Part shown: in pieces, positions 33,631-39,197 of the stretch | Position numbering within the stretch: position 1 is the stretch's first letter | Layout: each line of letters begins with the position of its first letter | Assembly: GCA_001600815.1 (NCBI GenBank) | Contig: BCKZ01000009.1 | Coordinates: 910,803 to 949,999 of the forward strand | Source: Alloascoidea hylecoeti | Lineage: Eukaryota | Direction: 5' to 3' | DNA: 39,197 bases | The notes under the pieces: model-generated | Database searches by the model: none | What the model was told of the DNA's origin: nothing | What the model saw: the letters and a program-made list of their open reading frames with translations, nothing else | Program-made: the position numbers and the translations under genes

Positions 33631-34449
33631 TCTATTTGGAATTGAAAATATANTTCCCTCCTTCAAGAAATTTCAACTGTAATAAATTTAGTACCATCAA
33701 GGTAGTATCAACTCTCCATTACTAGGGATCCGGATCTGTAACATCAAAATGATGCTACCAATATTAATATTTCTGTAATGCCAACTTATACTTTCTAATT
33801 GGCATTGGATTCGAGAATTATTTAACTGATATGTCTGAAAATAATTAGCACTTTTTTTTTATGAAATTAGTTAATGATCTGTTGGAATGAAGAACTAGAC
33901 TAGACACCTTTCAGACATTCAATTCCAGTAACTCATACGAAATATAATTAGCCACTGTATTGAAATCTAATTAGTATTTCCTAATTATGCTATATAATAT
34001 TGGTAAATGAAGCACTATGTTTTTGAGGTAATGAATTTCTATATGATCTAGTTTTAGCTATTTTAGTTTTCAATTAACTACTGTAATATGTTAGTTGTAT
34101 AAACACAAGTTAAATCTACGGTTACTTATAAATATACTATAATATAAATATTTTATTGTAGCTTACTTGAATCAATACTTATTACAATGGTCTTAAAATT
34201 TAATAAGAATGATAACTATCAAATCAAAATTGGTTAGAGAACCTATNTTAGTAGAGANNANATTAAGAGGAATGGAAATTGAAATTAAGATTAAGATTAA
34301 TAATAATNAGCATGATTTTATTATGAAATTTTTATTGAAATAATACAATATATGTAGATGAATCTGAAAATCATTTAAACTGGAAAAGGTGGTAGACAAT
34401 CTTATTTCCCATAAGAATCAATCAGCAATTCGTATTGGAAATTATGATC

Positions 34450-34660
34450 AATAAAGTTTATCTATTTTCTCTACTTTAGGATTTATTACTCAATCAAGAA
34501 AACGTTTATAAATAAATAATTTGATAAGCATATAAACTACGAATTGACCTCCAAAAACATATCTGGTGCTTTTAAAAAGTTAGGTTTATATCACTATTCA
34601 ATTCAAATTATGTCTTGAAATGAAGTGTTAGAACAAATACAACTGAACCGATTGAAAATG
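34450..34660 (+). mobile_element. Possible pogo/Fot1-type transposase C-terminal remnant
   Basis: LTSKNISGAFKKLGLY followed by frameshifted FNSNYVL, resembling the TxxNIxxxFxxxGxxPFNxxxVL motif. Confidence 0.3.
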
Positions 34661-34732
34661 NATATACTGAATGCCGGACTCACAGAGGACTCACCGAAGA
34701 GCTTGTTAAANAAAATATGAGTTTTCAATAGA

Positions 34733-35566
34733 TTATAAATGTTTTAAATATTTTTTCTTTAAATTATTAGTGAAATCATGAATTAAAACGCCATGCCAAC
34801 CTAAANCAGCTAGTTAGCTAGCTTTTTGGAGTCAGCATCAATTGACGAAGAATAAAANAGTAAATAATTGTAAGTTTCTGAATCTTCAGATTCTTTAATT
34901 AATTTTAGATCATTTAAATTCCAAATCTTAATAGTATCATAAAAAACCAAAATGAGTTTATTATTATTTATAAATTATAGATTTTGTACTCCTTGATCTG
35001 ATAAAATATTTGTTTTTCATTTGCTTGTAAATCCAAAGCTGTTAGCTTGTTCTCACTAACAAATAAGTACTGATCATTTACTGCAAAGAAATTCACAGTA
35101 CCAAATCGAAATTCTTGGATTATTTGACCAGTTTCAATATTCTAGGATCTTACAACTTCAGAATCTATACATGATACCACTATGAATGCAAATACCACCA
35201 ATTCAATCTTCTCCTTTAAACGAAGTTGTAAATTAAACTTTAGTTGATGTTCCAAATTATCAAGACTTGATTTCCAAACTCAAATATATTCACACACACA
35301 CACAATCACAACATACAATATAATCATTGTATAAAGCAACGCTTATTAAATAATTTGATTGTGATAATATCAGACGATGTATTGGCTTAAAATCTGATGA
35401 TTTCCAAATTATACAAGAACCATCCAATGAACCAGAAACCAAATAGTTATCATTAATATCCAAGAATAAAATATCACTGAAATGAGTTATGGCATCACTC
35501 TTTTCTATTAACTCCAACAATTTAGTTTCTGATAAACAGAAGTTCGAAATACCATAGTTTGGTTTC
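34733..35566 (-). pseudogene. F-box/WD40 family copy 8: 3' two-thirds, several stops, (TG)7 insertion
   Basis: LELIEKSDAITHFSDILFLDINDNYLVSGSLDGSCIIW through to YLKHL*; the F-box and first WD repeat are absent. Confidence 0.87.
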
Positions 35567-36875
35567 CGGTCTGAGACTCTGAGTAGTTCAACAGGCCAAA
35601 TTGATATTTGTTATTGGGGTTGCCTCGGTAAATGCAACCAGATCAAGATTAAACTGCCACCACTTCATATAAAAATGACTAGATTATAACTAGTTTTTGA
35701 GCCCTGAGATGTTCTTGAAATAGTTCACAATTCTAAATATTCTACTCTCCTTGTAAAATGACAACTTATGCTTAGTATTTAGTCTTAGCGCCCCGCTCGC
35801 GGCTTGTGAAGTAATCACTGGTGCAAATCTAAATCGTTTTGGGCTGGTTCTATAGTTTATATCACCCGAAACAGTCTAAGCAACATAGGATAAATCAAAG
35901 AGCCGTGTACCACTAGATCCGGAGCCAAAACCGACATTGGTGTTTTTTTTTTTTGATATTATACGTACTTCATACGTGCTTCTCTAGTCTAAACTACATG
36001 TCTGCTTTGATGAACTTTTCCTTTTTGTCAAGCTGCCGATGACACATTCTTACGATCGCGAAATGACAGTTGGACAGATACTGTACTAGATTTGAAATAG
36101 GAAACCTAAAGCGATAAGAGAATTGGGATTAAAAATGGAGAAGTAAGATGGGCTGGTGAGATATAAAAGTTATGTAGAGCTTTAGATATAAGCTTAAAGA
36201 GAGGTTGATTTCTCGAAAGTTTAAGAATTCATTTGCTAATAGCTGGTCAATTAATGATCATTAGTTTTATCTTTACTAGAATATTGAATTTCAGCAGAAT
36301 ATATAAACAACCTTATAGTCTCATACCCTTATTTCATAAGCAGCTGATCGTCGTGGTCCTTTATTCCTTCATATTTGGAATTATCGATGATATATTTTTA
36401 AATGATAGAGAATCTCACAAGCTAATATAATAGGTCCCCAAGAAAGATATTTTTGATGGAAATAAAGTATGGGATGTTTCAAAATCTCAGATTTTTCGAG
36501 TGACTAAAATTATAATGATAGATATGGTATTATAGTGCCGATATGATATAACAATTCTTGCTTTTAATTTTGCTGTATTTTATTTGGTAGATCTAGTAAA
36601 TCCCATCAATATTGATTTTCCAATGATAATTATAATAAGTTTAAAATAAAATAAAAACTTATCACTTTAAAATATGAATAAATTGTGCAATAATGAATAA
36701 TGGTCCAATTAAAAAGATGGGAAATTGTTCGAGGTGGAGGTTTAAGTTTCATCATGCTTGGGTTAAATTACGTTTTCCACTAATTTAATATTTTCTTATC
36801 TGATAACTAACCTGACCAGTTGATATAAATATTACGGACCACTTTTCTTCTTTTTCTTCACAAACTATACAAATC

Positions 36876-37973
36876 ATGACAATTGAACCTGAAATCAATG
36901 ATCCTAAGTTTTTCAACACAGATGTTCCTTTAGTTAAAGTATCAGGTACACCATATGAAATTGGTTTTGCACATGGTTCCATAGCAAAAAAACAAATCCA
37001 TAAATCAATTTCAAATTATCATATCATATTTAAAACACGATATAATTTCAGTTGGAAACAGGTTAAAGAAATAGTTATTAAATTTGTTCCAATATTAGAA
37101 TCATCATATCCTGAAATTATTCAAGAAATTAAGGGAATTGCTGATGGTGCAAATGTTGAATTATTAGATATCTTATCACTTAATTCAAGATCAGAGATTT
37201 TTAGATATGGATTTTCGGATGGCTGTACTAGTATTGGACAAATCGATCATATTACAAAAGAAGTCTACATTGGTCAGAATTGGGATTGGGTTTCCTGTTA
37301 TAAAGATACATTGGTAGCACTTGACATAACACAGCCAAATACTGGGAAACCACGTATTTTCTTGATAACTGAAGCTGGATTTGTGGGTAAACAAGGCTTC
37401 AACACTAGTGGAGTTGGATTACTCCAAAATGCAATAAAACATACTTCTGTTGATCTTACACACTGGCCTATTCAAATTGCAATTAGAAAAGCTTTAGAAC
37501 AGCATACAGCTAGTGATTCTTTAGCTGTTTTAAAGAAGCATGGTGTTGCAAGTAGTGTTAGCTTACTGGTTGCTGATAGGACACAAACTTTTAATATTGA
37601 AGCTACACCTTTAGGAATTCAAGTGATCAAACCAACTATTAATGAAATTGGAGATACTTTGATTACACATACAAATCATTTATTGCATCCAAATAAACAA
37701 GTCGACGATCAGCCAATTCTGAATTCCCTTCATAGACTTCAAAGAGTTAATGAGCTTTCTGAAAAAGCTAATGTTGGAGATATTCGATCAAGATTAAGTG
37801 ATACTGAAAACTTTCCATATTCTATTAGTAGACATGCACAAGAAGGAGTTTCTGAATATGATGCAGTCATAACCATTTATACTACCATCATGAACTTGAC
37901 AAAATTGGAGGCAAACATTAGTATCGGAGAACCTTCGACAAACCCTGAACAGTACATATACAAATTAGAATAG
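36876..37973 (+). CDS. Peptidase C45 / Ntn-hydrolase (isopenicillin N acyltransferase-like)
   Basis: GTPYEIGFAHG, EIKGIADGA, LNSRSEI, the autoprocessing site DG|CTS, GQNWDW, ITEAGFVGKQGFN and HTNHLL. Confidence 0.88.
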   Translation: MTIEPEINDPKFFNTDVPLVKVSGTPYEIGFAHGSIAKKQIHKSISNYHIIFKTRYNFSWKQVKEIVIKFVPILESSYPEIIQEIKGIADGANVELLDILSLNSRSEIFRYGFSDGCTSIGQIDHITKEVYIGQNWDWVSCYKDTLVALDITQPNTGKPRIFLITEAGFVGKQGFNTSGVGLLQNAIKHTSVDLTHWPIQIAIRKALEQHTASDSLAVLKKHGVASSVSLLVADRTQTFNIEATPLGIQVIKPTINEIGDTLITHTNHLLHPNKQVDDQPILNSLHRLQRVNELSEKANVGDIRSRLSDTENFPYSISRHAQEGVSEYDAVITIYTTIMNLTKLEANISIGEPSTNPEQYIYKLE

Positions 37974-38544
37974 ATTTGTATACGTATGTTTATTTTTATA
38001 TTTTTACTACTAGCAATACAGACTCTACATGTGGTGATGATAGTATTTAATGAGAAAAAAAAACATAATGCCCATTTTTTGGAGGAAAATGGGACTCGTA
38101 AAACTCACTGTCTTTTTAACTGTTGGGTTATATTAATTATGGAGATTTGGTTGTTGATTCTCTCCTCTCCATGTGTTGCTTCAAATTGTTCATTTTTGAA
38201 TTCTATGTGAGGTTTACCAGTCTCATCAACATTGTAAATGGCTAGTATTTATATTTGTCACATGACCATTTTAACCATAATTGCATCTAAGAAGGTCATG
38301 ACCCAGGCCCATTCGTTAATATTGCTAACATAATAGATATTCCCATTTGTTGTTATTAGATCTGAGTAAAGTTGAGTTTACTCTTCCACGAACCAAAATA
38401 TCATGAACGGCAATTTAGATATGTTATACTTTAAAATATGATGAATTGAAGTTTCAAGGATATTTGTATATATTACCGGGATTGTCGCATTGTCAGTTTT
38501 GAAGTATGGATCGCAAGCACAGTAACCATTTAAACAATTGCAGT

Positions 38545-39197
38545 ATGTCCTTACACAGAAAACTTAAGATAGTATTAGATTCTATTTCCGATCTCCCTTA
38601 CAAAATATATGAAATAATCTTCTTGGATTTGGTACCAGAAACGTTACTTAATTGTAGAAGGGTGTCTAAATCTTGGACACGAATAGCTGATAATGATGAT
38701 GGGGAAACTGATTCATTGTATGAATGGGTTATACAAGGAACGTTGTCTTTTAGAACTGAATTGGAGAAATGATAAATTTACAAAACATAAATTGTCATTC
38801 TGCCAAAACATATTGTGTTGAATTTTTTAAAAACTGGATTATAACTGGTTCAGATGATTGTACAATAAGAATTTGGGATAATGGAACTTTTCAATGTTTA
38901 AGAATATTAGGAAACATAAACCAGGAGATTTTAAATCACAGATTATCAGACAATCAATTGTTGGAATTAATAGAAAATAATGATGCCATATTTCATTTTG
39001 GTACTGTTATACATATGGATATTAATGATAAATATTTGGTTTCTGGTTCATTGGATGGTTCTTGTATAATTTGGAAATCATCAGATTTTAAGCCAATACA
39101 TCGTCTGATATTATCACAATCAAATTATTTAATAAGCGTTGCTTTATACAATGATTATATTGTATGTTGTGATTGTGTGTGTGTGTGAATATATTTG
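38545..39197 (+). pseudogene. F-box/WD40 family copy 9: 5' half with internal deletion and frameshifts, runs off the window end
   Basis: F-box SISDLPYKIYEIIFLDLVPETLLNCRRVSKSW, then shifted frames with HSAKTYCVEFFKNWIITGSDDCTIRIWD. Confidence 0.87.

Noticed and set aside
35290..35305. (TG)7 in copies 8 and 9 as a phase-variation switch
   Set aside because: Both copies carry additional lesions (further stops, missing 5' half or internal deletion), so slippage could not restore a protein.
36876..37973. Penicillin biosynthetic cluster
   Set aside because: No NRPS or isopenicillin N synthase in the window.

Overview
AT-rich budding-yeast (Saccharomycotina-type) chromosomal DNA with short GT-AG introns. 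A conserved core carries DAL81-like, PBR1, DIS3/RRP44, GCN20, ARO3 (1 intron), MUM2 (2 introns near the 3' end, missed by the ORF track) and UBP14. Two accessory zones (about 4.1-9.3 kb and 21.5-39.2 kb) are dominated by a locally expanded F-box/WD40 family: nine copies, of which three are intact and six are pseudogenes or fragments. The copies share a hypervariable insert between WD repeats 1 and 2, show mosaic sequence exchange, and are interleaved with probable LINE, LTR/copia, pogo/Fot1 and hAT-like debris and a 200-bp 18S rRNA fragment. An AidB-like acyl-CoA dehydrogenase and an isopenicillin-N-acyltransferase-like C45 hydrolase lie in the second zone. Other oddities are a Dal81 homolog with no Zn2Cys6 cluster and ten CCACGTGC E-boxes in a GC-rich bidirectional promoter. 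All homology calls come from recalled motifs, not database searches.
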